NCBI GenBank assembly: GCA_000004985.1
Contig: GG738872.1
Length of the DNA: 64,000 nucleotides
Source: Naegleria gruberi
Lineage: Eukaryota
Direction: 5' to 3' (one strand)
The notes beneath the pieces were generated by a model, which was not told the origin of the DNA, searched no databases, and saw nothing but the letters and a program-made list of their open reading frames with translations. This document shows, piece after piece, positions 32,477-45,900 of the stretch; the stretch's first letter is position 1; each line of letters begins with the position of its first letter. Position numbers and translations under genes: made by a program.

Positions 32477-32711
32477 TTCAAGCTTTGAGTTGATTCACTT
32501 TTTTAAAGATGTTATAAAATCATGATGATCAATTATTAGATTTGGAGAGTTTCCAATTTTGAAAATAAACCTTCATCATTATTAATTATTATTTTAAGGA
32601 AAATTGTAATTATTAATCAATACTCAACCAGAAATTAATCGGACACAATTTACAATCTCCTTGTCCTTCGTCGAAACTTTCAAAGGACGCACAAAACCCA
32701 ACACAATAAAA

Positions 32712-33425
32712 ATGTCTGCACGAAAGTGTTATTGTCAGAGATGTGGTACCGAGATGAATGAAAAGACAATCCCAAAGATTGCTTCTTCTTCATCTAGTTT
32801 AGAAAATGAGGAATTAAACAAGTTAATTGAAAAGTTGCCAAATCACCAACAACCATCCTCTCCTAGAGGTAGTAAACCATCGGAAGTGTTTAAAAGAATG
32901 GTTTGTCCATCATGTGGCTACACTTTCTATAATAATCCAATTCCAGTGGTGGCAGCTATTGTCGAGTGGAGAGATCATGAACATGTTGTTTTAATTCAGA
33001 ATAAGACTTGGCCTGAAAATTGGTATGGCTTGGTTTCTGGTTTTATTGAAGCTAAGGAGGCTCCACTTGATGCTTGTAAGAGAGAAATTAAAGAAGAATT
33101 GGGTTTGTCAAATATTGAAGTATCTGAAAAGGATTTGATTGGAGTTTACAATTTTCCATTGAGAAATGAGCTAATTATTGTTTATCATGTTCAAGTGCTT
33201 TCTAATGGAACAGATAAAGATGAGCAAATTTGTATTGATAAGGATGAATTGAGTGATTATCAAATGGTTAAAATTGATAAATTACGACCATGGAAGGCAG
33301 CTACAGGCTATGGACTTAGAGATTGGTTGATAAAAATTGGAGTGACACATAATGCTGATAACTTTGTAGATCCATTCAAGAAGGGAGAAAGTGTTGTTGA
33401 TAAAGCAACAGCAAGTAAACTCTAA
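32712..33425 (+). CDS. Nudix hydrolase of the NADH-pyrophosphatase (NudC/NUDT12) type, with a preceding C4 zinc ribbon
   Basis: ATG at 32712 (MSARKCYCQRCG...MVCPSCGYTFYNNP = zf-NADH-PPase). Nudix box GFIEAKEAPLDACKREIKEELGL (GX5EX7REUXEEXGU). Confidence 0.8.
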   Translation: MSARKCYCQRCGTEMNEKTIPKIASSSSSLENEELNKLIEKLPNHQQPSSPRGSKPSEVFKRMVCPSCGYTFYNNPIPVVAAIVEWRDHEHVVLIQNKTWPENWYGLVSGFIEAKEAPLDACKREIKEELGLSNIEVSEKDLIGVYNFPLRNELIIVYHVQVLSNGTDKDEQICIDKDELSDYQMVKIDKLRPWKAATGYGLRDWLIKIGVTHNADNFVDPFKKGESVVDKATASKL

Positions 33426-33475
33426 AATATATAGCTCAGGAAAGATTTAGCTATTTAAATAAATAAATTAATAAT

Positions 33476-36400
33476 TTAATCAGAATCTAAGTTTCTATAT
33501 TCCTCATCAGAAAGTGGTTGACTATGGATTGGAGAACTTTCATTATTCGCATTTCCTTTTCCAACTGAAAAAACACGTCTTGATCTAGGTCCAGGTTTTG
33601 GCATCTTAGGTTGAGCTGCAACTTCTTGTTCCTCATTGTGGTTAGAGTCCTCTTCAGCGTTTTTTTGACCTCCAATCTTAAAAACCCTCTTGCTCTTCTT
33701 AGAAGCAGAAGGAGGTCCTTCTTCTTGATTAGATCTGCTGGATGATTTTGGTTCTTCAAATTCTTCCTCTAGCGAAGGCTTCAGCTTCCTCCTTCTTCTT
33801 ATTGGAGCAGCTTCTGGTTCTTTCTTTGGAATGACAGCCTCATCATGATCTGAACGTTCTTCTTGCTCAACTTTCTTTGGTTTTCTTCGAATAGGTCTTT
33901 CTTCGATTGAAACTTCTTTTTCAAGAGTAACAGGTTTTACTGGGTTTGAGAGGCTTCTTGATCTTGCACTCACAGGCTCTGGTTTATCATCTTCCTGTGA
34001 ATTACTCGAAATATTAAGGGAAGGAACCTGAGGGTGTAGTTGTGGTGTTTGTTGAAACTGTTGAAATTGAGCTTGTTGAGGAGGAACCATGCCATTATTT
34101 TGTTGCATTAATTGAGTCAATAAATAGGAAATGAGATTCTTATCTAACCTTGCATCTATCATAGATTGCATATTTGCCATTTGATATTGAAACATCATAT
34201 CTGTTTGTTTCATCTGATTCATCATTTGAGCTACCATAGGATTGCTATTATCCATCATTTGCATTTGACTCATCTGAGGACTTTGGTAGATATTAGGAAG
34301 CATACCACCTCCCATATGGTTATTGAAATTATTTAAATTAGGCATGTTTGGAAGGGGAGGTTCAGCTATTGCAGAATTCACCTCAACTGGATTGAGTGGT
34401 GGAGGGACACTATCTTCTATAACAATTGTATCCCTTTGTCTTCTGGATCTTCTGGCTTCAGATGGGTTTCCAAATAAATCATTTTTAACATCTGGTACAA
34501 TCGGCATTGGTACTGGATCTATTACTGCACTTCTATTGGACGTCACATCACCTACAGCAACTGGAGGATTATTTTTTGACTCTTTCTCTCTTCGCTCCTT
34601 TTCCACTTGCAATCTTTCTTTTTCTGCATTAATCCTGATATTTTCTTCAATTTTTCTATCCATTTCCTCTTCTTTTCTCTTTCTTTCCTCTTCAGCCCTT
34701 TTCTTTGCTTCTAACTGTTTTTGAAGCTCTGCTTGGTATTCCATCTGTTTTTGTAGCTTTTGCTTAGATACATCTGTACTACCAATGTTTGATATGGCTG
34801 AAGCAGGCTTATTTGGAGATATTGGTTTTCCATCACCAGAACCAAAAGGAAGATTACTTTCTAATTGGTGGAAATGTTGATTGGAGAATTTTGATGAGGG
34901 AGATCTCATTTCATCTTCTTGTGATTTTTGAGACGGCAGCAAGACATCCTCTTGAAACTCTTTCTTTTTACTATTTGAATTTCCTCGTTGTTCCATTTGT
35001 TGCACTGTTACAATATTAGGTATCTTGAATCGAAAAAATACTTACTTAGTTGCATTCTATATTCAGCTTGTTGCTGCTGTTTCTTTGAATTCTCATCTTT
35101 TCCATACAGCTCACTTTTAAACACTTGTTTTCTGGTGTGTGAAATAGGAGAGCTGCTATAGGTAGAGTTTGATGAAGATCCAATATAAAAATCATTTTCT
35201 GGACTTTTAGCAACAGCAGTTTGGTGTCTAGAGCTATTATTCGATACCGATCGATGGTAATTATCATCATAGGACCTAGGTGTTTGTAAAGCATTATTGT
35301 TATATCCGCTCTGTGATTGGGGAGGTAATTGTTGGAATGGTGTTGAGTTTTGAGAAACTTGACTATTGTTACTAGGGGAAGGTGGGTAATCATTATAAAG
35401 CCTATTGAGTCCTCTCCTTCTTGGAATTGGAGGATCATTTGATCCCATTTTATCAAAAATGTTACCACCCTTAGATGCAAAATCATAATCTCTACTAGTG
35501 TTATTCGAATTAGCCCTTTTTGATTCATTTTTTGGTGTTACGACTGTGCTTGCTGGTTGGGAATGAGATATTCCTCCATTTCTTGAGAGTCTTTTTGGAT
35601 CCATATGAGATCCTCCTTGGAATTGATACTTATCTTGTTCGTTTTCATAATCAGATTCAGGATCGTGAGTTACTTCATTCTTCTTTATCCTTAAAGGTCT
35701 TGGTTTTCCTTGAATTTGATTTCTGTTTTGCTCTGTATATTTTTCTTGTTCGTGTTCATAATCTGATTCAGGGTCATGAGTAATATCTTGATTCTTTTTC
35801 CTCGTTGGTTTAGCATAGTTAGGCTTATTATTATCCACATATTTCATTTGGTCATTCTCATAATCTGACTCGGGATCATTGGTAATTTCCTGAGGCTTTC
35901 TTCTTTGAATTATTGGGTTTTTCTCTCGTAATGCCTGTCTTTTTTGTTCGTAAACTAAATCTCGTTGACTAATGTTTTTAGGAGTACTTTTAGATCTAGG
36001 TTCAGATCCAAATAAATTTTGTTGTTGTTGATTGGAAGATGTTGAACTAACGTCATCATCAAACAAGCCAACATCTCCATTCTTCTTCATCATTCTCATC
36101 ATTTTCTTCTTTTCATAAGCTTCCTCTCTTTTTCCTTTTGGTTGAGATCCTTGTGAAAGTTTACTCGAGAGTTGAGACATACCATCCTCCTCAATAATAT
36201 TCTTATTATTTAATTGTTCCAAACGTCTTGGTCTATGCCTGTTAAAACTATATGATTCTTGAGCCTCATTAGTTTTTCCTCCAAATCTGTTTTCGGTTAC
36301 AACATTAAAAGACTATTCCACAACAACAACTTACAAATCCTCACGTATTGTGTTTGTATTTACAGCTGTATGGGTTGGTTCTTTGTACAATTCCGCTTCA

Positions 36401-36746
36401 TCTTCCTCGTTCCATAAATCCTTCGACCTTTCCCTATTATATTTTCATCATACAACATAAAACATTAATTCCAACATATTTCAATAATCCGAACATTTGA
36501 ATATTAAACATACGATGTACCTAAAGAATAATTCTTATAGTGTTGGAAAATTTCCTCCTTATCTCTTCTTGCATCCTCCTCTTGTTGCTTCCGCTTTTCC
36601 TTTGCTTGTTGTGCTAATTCATCCAAATATTCTTGATCATTTGTAACTGGAATAGGTCCAGCTCCTCTGCCCCATTTCCTAACTTTTCTCTGTTGTTGGG
36701 CATTGATTTTCTTCGATAGTGAATTATTATCGCTACCAAACATCAT
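33476..36746 (-). CDS. Large (~1033 aa) charged low-complexity/coiled-coil protein in 4 exons (36746..36514, 36433..36335, 36286..35046, 35004..33476); contains three tandem ~35-aa 'THDPESDYE[NH]EQ[DE]KY' repeats
   Basis: Introns: 80 bp (TC|GTATGTTTAAT...aatataatag), 48 bp (TT|GTAAGTTGTTG...aaaacag) and 41 bp (A|GTAAGTATTTTTT...gtaacag). Each restores the frame between track ORFs 36504..36746, 35008..36222 and 33476..35005. The second half contains the coiled-coil stretch QKQMEYQAELQKQLEAKKRAEEERKRKEEEMDRK and a Met/Gln-rich region. Confidence 0.6.
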
Positions 36747-36968
36747 TTTTTAAGGGTAATAACCCGTCCCTTCACTTTCTTGTTTTTTATTTTAAGAACA
36801 AAAACTGTAAGAGGATTTTTCAAAATTTGCGCGCCAACATACAACCGCTTTGAACTTGACCTCAGTTCACCAAAGTGCCGATTCTTGAAGAGAGATTAAA
36901 TAGTGAATTATTTTTCTTTTCTCAATATATTCATCATCGGTATTGAAAACAATTGAATGGAAAAAACA

Positions 36969-38276
36969 TTATTTGTTTGCCTTGTTCATGGCCGATTCCA
37001 TTGCCTCTTGTTTCATTAATTTCCAATTTTCTTCATGTTTGGAAATAATCTCTTGTTGTTCTTTGATTTTCTTTTTAAGCAATTCTATTTCTTTGTCTTT
37101 TTTGCTAACAGAGTTAGTAAGGCGAGTAACCTTATCGGCATTGAGACTGTAGCTTAATGAGAGCAACTTTTTAGAAATATCAGTATGCATAGCTGTACTG
37201 CTGGCCATAGGATGAAGAGGTGAAGACATTCCACTCATACTACCAAATTGTGAATTAGCCATATCAGTCTCATCTGCAGATTGAGTTTTCTGCATGACCT
37301 GGTTCAGCTTTTGTTGAGTGGAAAGAAGAGTCTTATTGAAGAGCTTTCTCAATTGTTCATTTTCGGTTGCCTCTTCCAAATTTTTCTGGTATTGAATCCA
37401 AGGATATATAAACAAATTATACAATTCTGAATAGAGTGTAACTCCTGGGGTTGTTGGAGTTGATTGTGAAGGAGTATCACCTCCATTATGACCTATTGGA
37501 GATAGGCATTGTCCATTAAAATCATTCATAGTCAATAAATTATGATTATTAGTTGATTGAGTTGCTGAAAGTCCAATCATAGATTCACTAAGATCATATT
37601 GTTTTGGCATAATCATCTCTCTGTCTCCGTATTGTTCCATCACAATTGGTCCATTATTAATTCTCGATCTATTATTCAGTATTGTCGATCCATTCATATT
37701 ATTTGTAATTGTGGTTGCTTCATCCAAATTTCTTTGGAATCTATATTCAGATTTATAATGAGAAATCAAATGATTAATTGAGTCAAGAGCACTCTTGTCA
37801 CAAGTTAAGTTTTTTGATCTTTCCAATATTGACATTCCCTTTCTGTTCAATTGTGCTGCTTTTCCATGATCTCCAATTGAATGTAAATATTCAGATTGTC
37901 TATTTAAACGGTTAGATTTTTGAATAGGATGATTTAAAACTTGTTGAGTAATAACAATTTGTTTGCTATTATTATTACTAGAAGATTTATGTGTTGCCTT
38001 GTGAATGCCATTATTTGTGCTCAGAAGATTTGTATTTTGTTTTTCCAAAGTTAATGAGTTTGTACTGGCAACTTGTGTTGTTACATGATTGTCATTGGTT
38101 TTAATGGGAGGAGTGATGATGGTAGTTATGGATACATTGTTATTGGTGGGAGTTGAAAGAGGAGTGAGATGTTTTCTAGGTGTGGTTACGATATTACTAT
38201 TACTAGAGGTTGATGTTGTAGATGATGGAGAAGAGGCCGGAGAAGATAAATTTGATATTGTGGAGGCCATTAGCAA
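36969..38276 (-). CDS. Hypothetical S/T/N-rich protein with a C-terminal coiled coil
   Basis: Single ORF. N-terminal poly-S/T/N low complexity; C-terminal ...KKDKEIELLKKKIKEQQEIISKHEENWKLMKQE. Confidence 0.45.
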   Translation of the reverse strand: MLMASTISNLSSPASSPSSTTSTSSNSNIVTTPRKHLTPLSTPTNNNVSITTIITPPIKTNDNHVTTQVASTNSLTLEKQNTNLLSTNNGIHKATHKSSSNNNSKQIVITQQVLNHPIQKSNRLNRQSEYLHSIGDHGKAAQLNRKGMSILERSKNLTCDKSALDSINHLISHYKSEYRFQRNLDEATTITNNMNGSTILNNRSRINNGPIVMEQYGDREMIMPKQYDLSESMIGLSATQSTNNHNLLTMNDFNGQCLSPIGHNGGDTPSQSTPTTPGVTLYSELYNLFIYPWIQYQKNLEEATENEQLRKLFNKTLLSTQQKLNQVMQKTQSADETDMANSQFGSMSGMSSPLHPMASSTAMHTDISKKLLSLSYSLNADKVTRLTNSVSKKDKEIELLKKKIKEQQEIISKHEENWKLMKQEAMESAMNKANK

Positions 38277-38434
38277 ATGATCGTTTTTTTGTTGTTCTTT
38301 TTAAATTTAGAAAAGAGAGATGAAGAAGAAAAACGTGACTGAATTCATTAACGGAGAAGATTAATAAGATTATGTAAATCATACAATTGAATAAATAATA
38401 CATTTTAATAATGGTAATGTAATTAATACTACTA

Positions 38435-39072
38435 CTACCATTCTGATTGTCCAAATCCACCATAATCTCCTATTTCAAGTAAACCTAAAAAGAATAAATA
38501 ATTTAAATCTTGATATTGAAATCTTACCTCTATTTCTTAAATGTAATTGTTTCAATTTGGATCTTTCTTCTTCTTTTTCTTGTTCTAATTTACTTAACAT
38601 TAAAATTTCATCAACTGGAACTTGTTTTAAAGATAAGTCTCGTGATTCATCAACTTCTCCCATTAATACTACATTTTCACCTCTAACGATATATAAACCA
38701 ACATCCAAATCACCATATTTATCTTCTACTACTATCCGTTCAACAGTTTTCTCTAGAGTCATATTTACAAATTGGTCATAACAACGAAGAATTCCGATTA
38801 GTTTTTTACCATCTCTCAAAATTACCATCACTTTTTCTATTTAATTTGATGAAATGTTATTTAAAATTAATTAAGTGATATTTACTATCTAATTGATCCG
38901 AAAGACTGGCTGCTCCTGGAAAGTAAAAATCCACTTTTAATTCATCATTTTCTTCGTCGTCTTCTTGAGGAGACATTGCAAAAGATCTAGATATTGGAGT
39001 GTTTGCTGATGGTGAAGCGGAATAAAAGTGATGACTACCTCCTCCTCCTATCGATGCATGTTGATTTGGCAT
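38435..39072 (-). CDS. LSM1: Sm-like protein LSm1 (decapping/Lsm1-7 complex). 3 exons (39072..38886, 38830..38528, 38484..38435), ~179 aa.
   Basis: Exon 1 ends ...YFPGAASLSDQLD (human LSM1 YMPGTASLIEDID). Exon 2 [52 protein letters not shown] parallels human [51 protein letters not shown]. Introns of 55 bp (A|GTAAATATCAC...aaaaag) and 43 bp (G|GTAAGATTTC...tttttag). Confidence 0.85.
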
Positions 39073-39228
39073 TGTTCAATATTATGTGAGTAGCAACAAG
39101 GAGCTTGTTGATGTGCTCTCAATTTTTTAGAGTTTTTATTAAATTTTATTGTTTTATTTTGGATTTTTGTTTTTATTAAAGTTCAAGTAATAATATTTAT
39201 TGTATTACTATTATTAATAATATAAATA

Positions 39229-39250
39229 TTACTAATAATATTATTAGTAA
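39229..39250. repeat. Perfect 22-bp palindrome TTACTAATAATATTATTAGTAA in an AT-rich intergenic region upstream of LSM1
   Basis: The sequence equals its own reverse complement. It sits inside a larger block of TAATAATA-type AT repeats (39190..39290). Confidence 0.7.
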
Positions 39251-39332
39251 AATCATAAATTTTGTATATTTTTTAATATTTTATTGAAAATTTGGTTAGA
39301 AAATTGGTGTGAAATCACTTGATATTATGATT

Positions 39333-39861
39333 CTATTCAGAACTACTAATGTCATCTCTCATTGCACAACCTCGTACATCTGTAATTTGATCTGTCAAAA
39401 TCATAATCCAATCTATTAACCACCAAATTAAACATCCTCCTAATGTTAACAATTTAATAACACCCATCTATTTCAGAAATACTTAATTGAATTCTATTAT
39501 TAAAATTAATACTAACCAAATAAAAACCAAGATAAAATCTGTCAACTCCAATAATACCTAAAAAGAAAGATAATAAGAAGGCGGTCAATTTTGATTTTCT
39601 AGCTTCACTTTGATAAGGTGCAGGACAACAATATTGAGTATTGTTAGTTATTGATTCAAGACAGGTTGTACTACTATCTTGTGCCATCACAAATAAATAA
39701 TTTTCTGATAATATTTGATGATCGGAATGATGAGAGAAGGATGTGATCGTTTGTTCTTGATGATATTCACTAATGAATAAATACAATTGATAGCCAAGTG
39801 CTGCTATCCATGTTATGTAAAGAAGATAATGTAAAATTTTCTTGGGCAGACTTTGAGACAT
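39333..39861 (-). CDS. TM2-domain membrane protein (TM2D family). 2 exons (39861..39517, 39467..39333), ~159 aa.
   Basis: Hallmark TM2 motif ...GIIGVDRFYLGFYL|MGVIKLLTLGGCLIWWLIDWIMIL spans a 49-bp intron (TTG|GTTAGTATTAAT...gaaatag). N-terminal TM helix plus a Cys-containing ectodomain. Confidence 0.8.
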
Positions 39862-39964
39862 TTTTTGACAAGTGAAGTTGATGGATCATCTATGGTTCAG
39901 TGATAGAGAAATACTTTAATTGTATGCCGAAAACAATTTCATGTGATGAAACTTTAGTATGAAT

Positions 39965-42900
39965 TTATTCGGATAAGAAGTGTGAAATTTCTTCACCAGT
40001 CTTTTGTTCAATAGTCAAGACAATGTTACGAGTATCCTTCAAAACTTCTTCATCTTCGCTTTCTAATAATTCAGCAACGTATGGCATCATTTCAGGTAAC
40101 ATGATAATAAATTCCTTTCCTACGTATTCATAGAATGAAGCAATGCAACCAATTGCAGTTCTCTTACAAATAGTTGATTCATTCTTAGTTTTTTGTAAAA
40201 CTTGGTATTGGAGTGGTTTCCATTGTTGTTGAGTAACAACACTAGCAAGGGAACCAAATGTCTTGGTAATGAGTTCATAATTGTGTTCACAGACTTCTTC
40301 AACTCCAAGAATCTTGGCAAGTGGTTCAACTAATTGTTCAAATCTATCATTTGAACTAACAAATGATTCTCTATCATTGAGGAAACAGAGTGTTAAGGCG
40401 TTGAGAATCAAATAGGCAAGTTGATTTCTTTCTTCAGATGACGAAATAATACAGAGCTTTGGTTGCTTCTTGGTTGTTAATTCCTTCAACTTTCTCTTCT
40501 TTGAATTTTCCTTTGTTTCTTCTTCTTCGTCAGATTCTTCATCTTCTTCACCACAAACAGCCTTGATATCTCTAATAATATTTTGCCATAAATATCCAAA
40601 GTATGGAATGAAAAGGAAACCCAATTTGATGTTCATACTAATAACAATCTTATAGAAAGCAATCAATCTAGCAGCATCTGGTGGTGCAAACTTGTGATCA
40701 CCATAATCCAAATAGTTACTGGCAGAGTCTTCCTTTGCAGAGACAGGTTCTCTTGCCCAATCAAGCATCTTCTTAATGGATGGCTTGAGTAAATCTTCAT
40801 TAAGCTTCAAAACGAATGCTTCGAATGAAGAACAAATTGCCTTTTCAACTGTTTCAAGAGCCTTTCCTTCGAACTTGCCCTTTCTTCTCAAGTCCAAAGC
40901 TTCCAAGAAGAAATCAATAATATTCAAATGGAATGATTCAACTGATTTGGCATCCATAACATTGACAATTTCATAAACAACAGTCATGAGTTTAACCACT
41001 GATTCGTGACCAAAAGCAACTGAAGCTTCCAAAGAGGCAAATACTGGTTCAAGGATATGTCTGGTTTCAGCATTGGTGGCCAAGAAGAATAAAATGTCAG
41101 AAGCCTTTTGAGCAATCTTCTTAGAAGTAGAATGGATAATTCTAGTGCTCAACAAGATATTCATGATGCTCTTCAAGTATGGACTCATAAACTTGAGATG
41201 AACTCTAGAAATTAATTCCAAAGCAGAGAGAATACCAAAAACTAAGAGTTGCTTAGAATCAGCATCATCCTTTTCATCTTCGTCTTCCAAAATGTCTTCT
41301 TCCTTGGCAATAACAGCAGAAATGTGTTCAGTGAAAGTTGGACAGATTTGTGGTAAGAATTCCAATGAATCACTACCCAATTCAAAACATAAAGTTGAAA
41401 GGCATAAAGCAGCAGAAGAGATAATAGCAGCAGACTTGTGTTGCAAATGAGCAATGACAGCTGGTGTGATAGCTACGAAACGTTTTGGTTTGTTCTTAGC
41501 AAATCTTCTGGCCATAAGTTCAACTGAAATGATTGATCCTTGGACGAGGAAGTTGCTTGATTTGGCATCACTAAGAATAGCCTTCAATCTCTTGAGAAGT
41601 GTAATGAAAACATCTTCGTCTTCAATCAACTTGGAGACCATTCTAGATGCTTCATCTGTAAGTCTAGTGTTTAAAATGAAGAGAGCTCTTTCTCTCATAG
41701 TAACAGAACTACTGTCTAAGAGAGCCTTAATCATAGCAACAAAGCTTTGAGAGCTCAACAATTGTTGACTCTTAGCATAAACTTCATCAACCAAATCAAC
41801 AACAGTTGGTTCCTTGATGTTGTCTCTGATTTGATTCAAGTTTTCAGCAACAGTTAACAAATAACTTTGAGATGATTCCTTATCCTTTTCTTCTTCCAAA
41901 ATGAGCATTCTCAAGAATTCCATTGATGATAAGTGTTCAGAAATGAATTCGAGAATAAAGACGAGCAAAGCAAGACGTTCTTCATCAGAATATTCTGAAG
42001 GAGTATAGAAAGAGTTCTTTGGATCATCATCCTTTGAGATTGATAAACCAATGTTGACCAACTTAACCAAAGCAACAAGTTGCTTGCTAACTTGGAAATA
42101 TTCGACGAGTTCGTGGCAGAAAGCAGTAATCATTGCACTGTCTTCTTGATCACCATTTTTAACACATTGGGTCAACATGAGAAGTACGAAACCATAAATG
42201 TTCTTTCTTGATGTTCCCTTAACAAGTGATGAGAAGAATGAAAGACGTTTTTCCTTTGGAATATACTTCATAGAGTTGACAAATACGTTGACAATAAACT
42301 TAATGTCCATATTTTGTTCAACGAGCTTTGGAACAATTTGAAGGACGGTCTTTTGAATGGCATCAAAAGCAAAACCTTCCTTTTCCTTCAAACTTCCTTC
42401 AACAGCCTTCATAACAGCCAAAATTTGTTCAATAATTTGAAGAGGGAAGATTGAGGCAAGTTCACCCAACAAAAGAATAGCATGATTTCTGATTTGAGAT
42501 GAATCACTTTCAGTAAGACACTTGAGAATGAGATCAACATCGAAAGTCTTTTCAACCTTCTTGGCGAGGACGTTTCTTTCTTCTCCTTCTTCATCAAGCT
42601 TGGTACTAATTGAATACAACACGGATAAGATCATAGTAATTGGGTATTCAACTCTGTACTTGTTGGTATCCAACTCTACTCTCAATTCCTTCAAAAGAGA
42701 GAATAAGCGTGGAGCCAATGATTCTCTCTTTGGAACAGATTTCATGATTTGAACAAGTTCAAGAATATTTGATAATTCTGACAAGTTATCAGTTGAATCA
42801 TCACTGGTATCCATTCCCTTTGTGGTGGTAGGAATATAATTCTTAAGGATTTCTGGATTCAATGGCAATTGTTTGAGAATTTGTTGATAAACTTGAGTCA

Positions 42901-45900
42901 ACTTGGTGTTAGTGGATGAGCGCAAAACTTTTGCAATAGTATCAAAGAGAGCCTTTTGGTTCTTTTCACTAATATTCTTCAAGAGATGGCTTGTGATATT
43001 GTTGACAACTTCAATAGATGGGATGAAAGTAATGGCAGAAGTTGTTGTGGCTGGCTTAGCAATAGAAATAGCTTTAAGTAAACCTTCTTCAAAGTACTTT
43101 TGTGGATTTTGGCTAGTGAGAAGATCAATATCTACGAGCTTGATCAATTTTGAAACCAATAAAATTTCCAATCTTGACAATGTTTCTCCAGATTCAATCT
43201 TCTTGAGGTAGGTTGTGAAGAGAGAGAACAATGAAGACATAACCTTAGTAGATGGAAGTTGAGAAAGCGATGAAAGTAATGAAACCTTTTCAAAAGTTGT
43301 TTCGCTAACTGTAATGACTTTCAAAATCATATCAGCAACTTCAGTTGGTAATTCAGTAATAATTTGTTGGATATGGGAACTATCTGCAGACAAATCAAAA
43401 CTTCTTGATTCGATTGTAGTGGCAATCTTTTTCAAGGTATCCTTAGATAATGGCTTGAGATGACTCTTCAAATCGTGTTCATAAAGCTTGGCTCCTGGAA
43501 CTCTCTTGATGCAAGAAATAATTGCAGAGCACATATCCTTTGACAAATTATTTTGCAAAGCAATAAAGAGACCTGGAAGTAAGAATTGGTAGTCAACATC
43601 ATCTTCCATCATCATAACACCAATCAACAAGCTTCTCATCTTTGGCTTATATGAAACAAATTCAGAATCAGAAGCCCAGAATACTGATAAGAATTGCAAG
43701 GATTGTTTCTTCAAATGCTTTTCAATCAAAACCTTAATATGAGAAGTGAATTGGTCGAAGAGTCTTGATTCAGAGATTGTAAGGAAGAATTCAGCCAAGA
43801 GAGTGGTATATTCAAACTTGGATTCACTCTTTCCATTGAAGTGGTTAATCATTTGCTTAACATTCAATGATTCGGCTTCCAAGTTTTCGAGCATTGAGTA
43901 GGCAGCATAGAACATTAAATTAATAACTGATAGGCCAGTGTCAACATTAGCTGATTGATTTGGATGGAAAACGTCCTTAGCAGAAATAGCAAGACCAGAC
44001 TTTAAGCTGAACTTCTTGACCAATCTGAGAATGGAGGAAGCAATCAAAAGTTTGGCATCCTTTTTGGTGGCTTGCTTCATTGCAGAAGCCAACAAGAGTA
44101 AAACTGCCTTGGTTCCCAAACCTTCCTTAACAGCAGTATTTTCACAAATTAATGCGAGGTCTGGTTGAGATCCAATATTCTTAGCTATAGCGTTGATAAT
44201 TTGAGTATTTGTTGAGGCAGCATCCTTGATGGTGACACTAGAAAGATTCTTGAACAATGGATGGCTCAATTTTTGCAAAGATTTGATAACCTTAACATTG
44301 GTTTCTTTGAAATCAGCAGTGAGTAAGAGGAATCTGAAAACAAAGGTTAACATCTTTTCAACACTTCCAGCAGAGAATATCTTGTCAATCAAAAACTTTT
44401 CAGCAATAGTTTGAGAAAGAACCTTTGATGACTCATCTGCCTTATTATCTTCAATTTGTTTGACAATGTGGGCAATCTTATCAACAATCTTTTCAGGTGT
44501 AAGATAAATCAAAACTTCTGGTAAATTGAGGACAAAATTCAAAATTGTTGGATCTTCATCATTAAGTCTTTCCAACAAAGACTCTGTAATAAATGACTTA
44601 GTTTGTTCATCAACTGTTGTCTTGGCAATCTTTCCTAAATGTTTCAACCCAAGAATACGAACTGTCTTTTCGTGATGTTGAAGAGAGAGGTAGAGGGTAG
44701 TACTAATTTCTGGAATAATTTCATGTTGAGATCCCTTAAAAACAGATGAATAAAATTCAAGAGCTTTTCCATGTTGTTCTTCATCAAGAGTACGAAGTCC
44801 CAACTCTAACCCTCTATCAGTTTCCGAGCTATATCTTCTTTCGAATGTAAGCAATACCTTCTTGATAATTTCTGAGAATGAAGCATCAGAAATAAATAAA
44901 TTAAGTAAAACGGCAATAACCTTTGGTACAGTATTTGTGAAATCAATCTTAGTAACCATTTCTTCGAGAAGGGTAACACTATTTTGTTCGAAACTGTATT
45001 CAAGGAGAGTATTCAAAAAGGCATTCAAAAAGTTATCAATATTGTTAAGAGCAACCAATCTATTGACAGAATCCACAAAACCTTCAATTTCTGATAATGA
45101 TTTAACAAATGAAGTTCTCATCTTTGAAATAGGTTGACTTTGGAACAAGAAAACTAAACACATCAAAACACTATCCGTATCACTCTTTGTCATTACTGGA
45201 ATTAAAACTTCAATGAGGGCATCCACAACAGAAACAGAAAGAGTAACACTTGAGGAAATTTGAGTTGTAATCATCAATGAACCTGCAACCAAATCTGGAT
45301 CAAAAGACTTTAAACCATAGAATACATATGATAAAATTCTCTTCAAAGCAATTTCTTGTAATTTGTTTCCAGAAACATATTCAACAGTGAGAACAACATA
45401 AAAGTTGATGAATGACTTGTTATCAATAGATCTTTCAATATAAGCCTTCATAGCATCACAAATGAAAATGAATACTGAAAAATCTGTATAACAACGTTGT
45501 AACAAAGTAGATCTACTCATAACAACACCACTACTTTGAATAGGTTCCAAAAAGTGCCATTTAGTTGGAGTAATATTTAAAAGTTGGACAAAACGAGCAA
45601 AGAAAGTTGTTTCATGATAAGGTATAATCGAAGCCATAATAGCATCAACGTTATATATATGAATCTTGTATCTTCTGACTAAATATTCAATAGCCTTGTG
45701 TGATGCTTTTAATAAAAAGTATGGTGACAAAAGTAACATGAAAGTTTCAACTTGCTTATCCAATTTCTCGTTTTCAGACTTGGTTTCCATCTCTCTATTT
45801 CTATCCACAGAAGAAGGGTGAAAGAGTGATTCTTGGAAAGGTCCGAATCTTTGATCCAAACGAATTAATTCCTTCAACCCGTCAGCACCAATAACATGAA

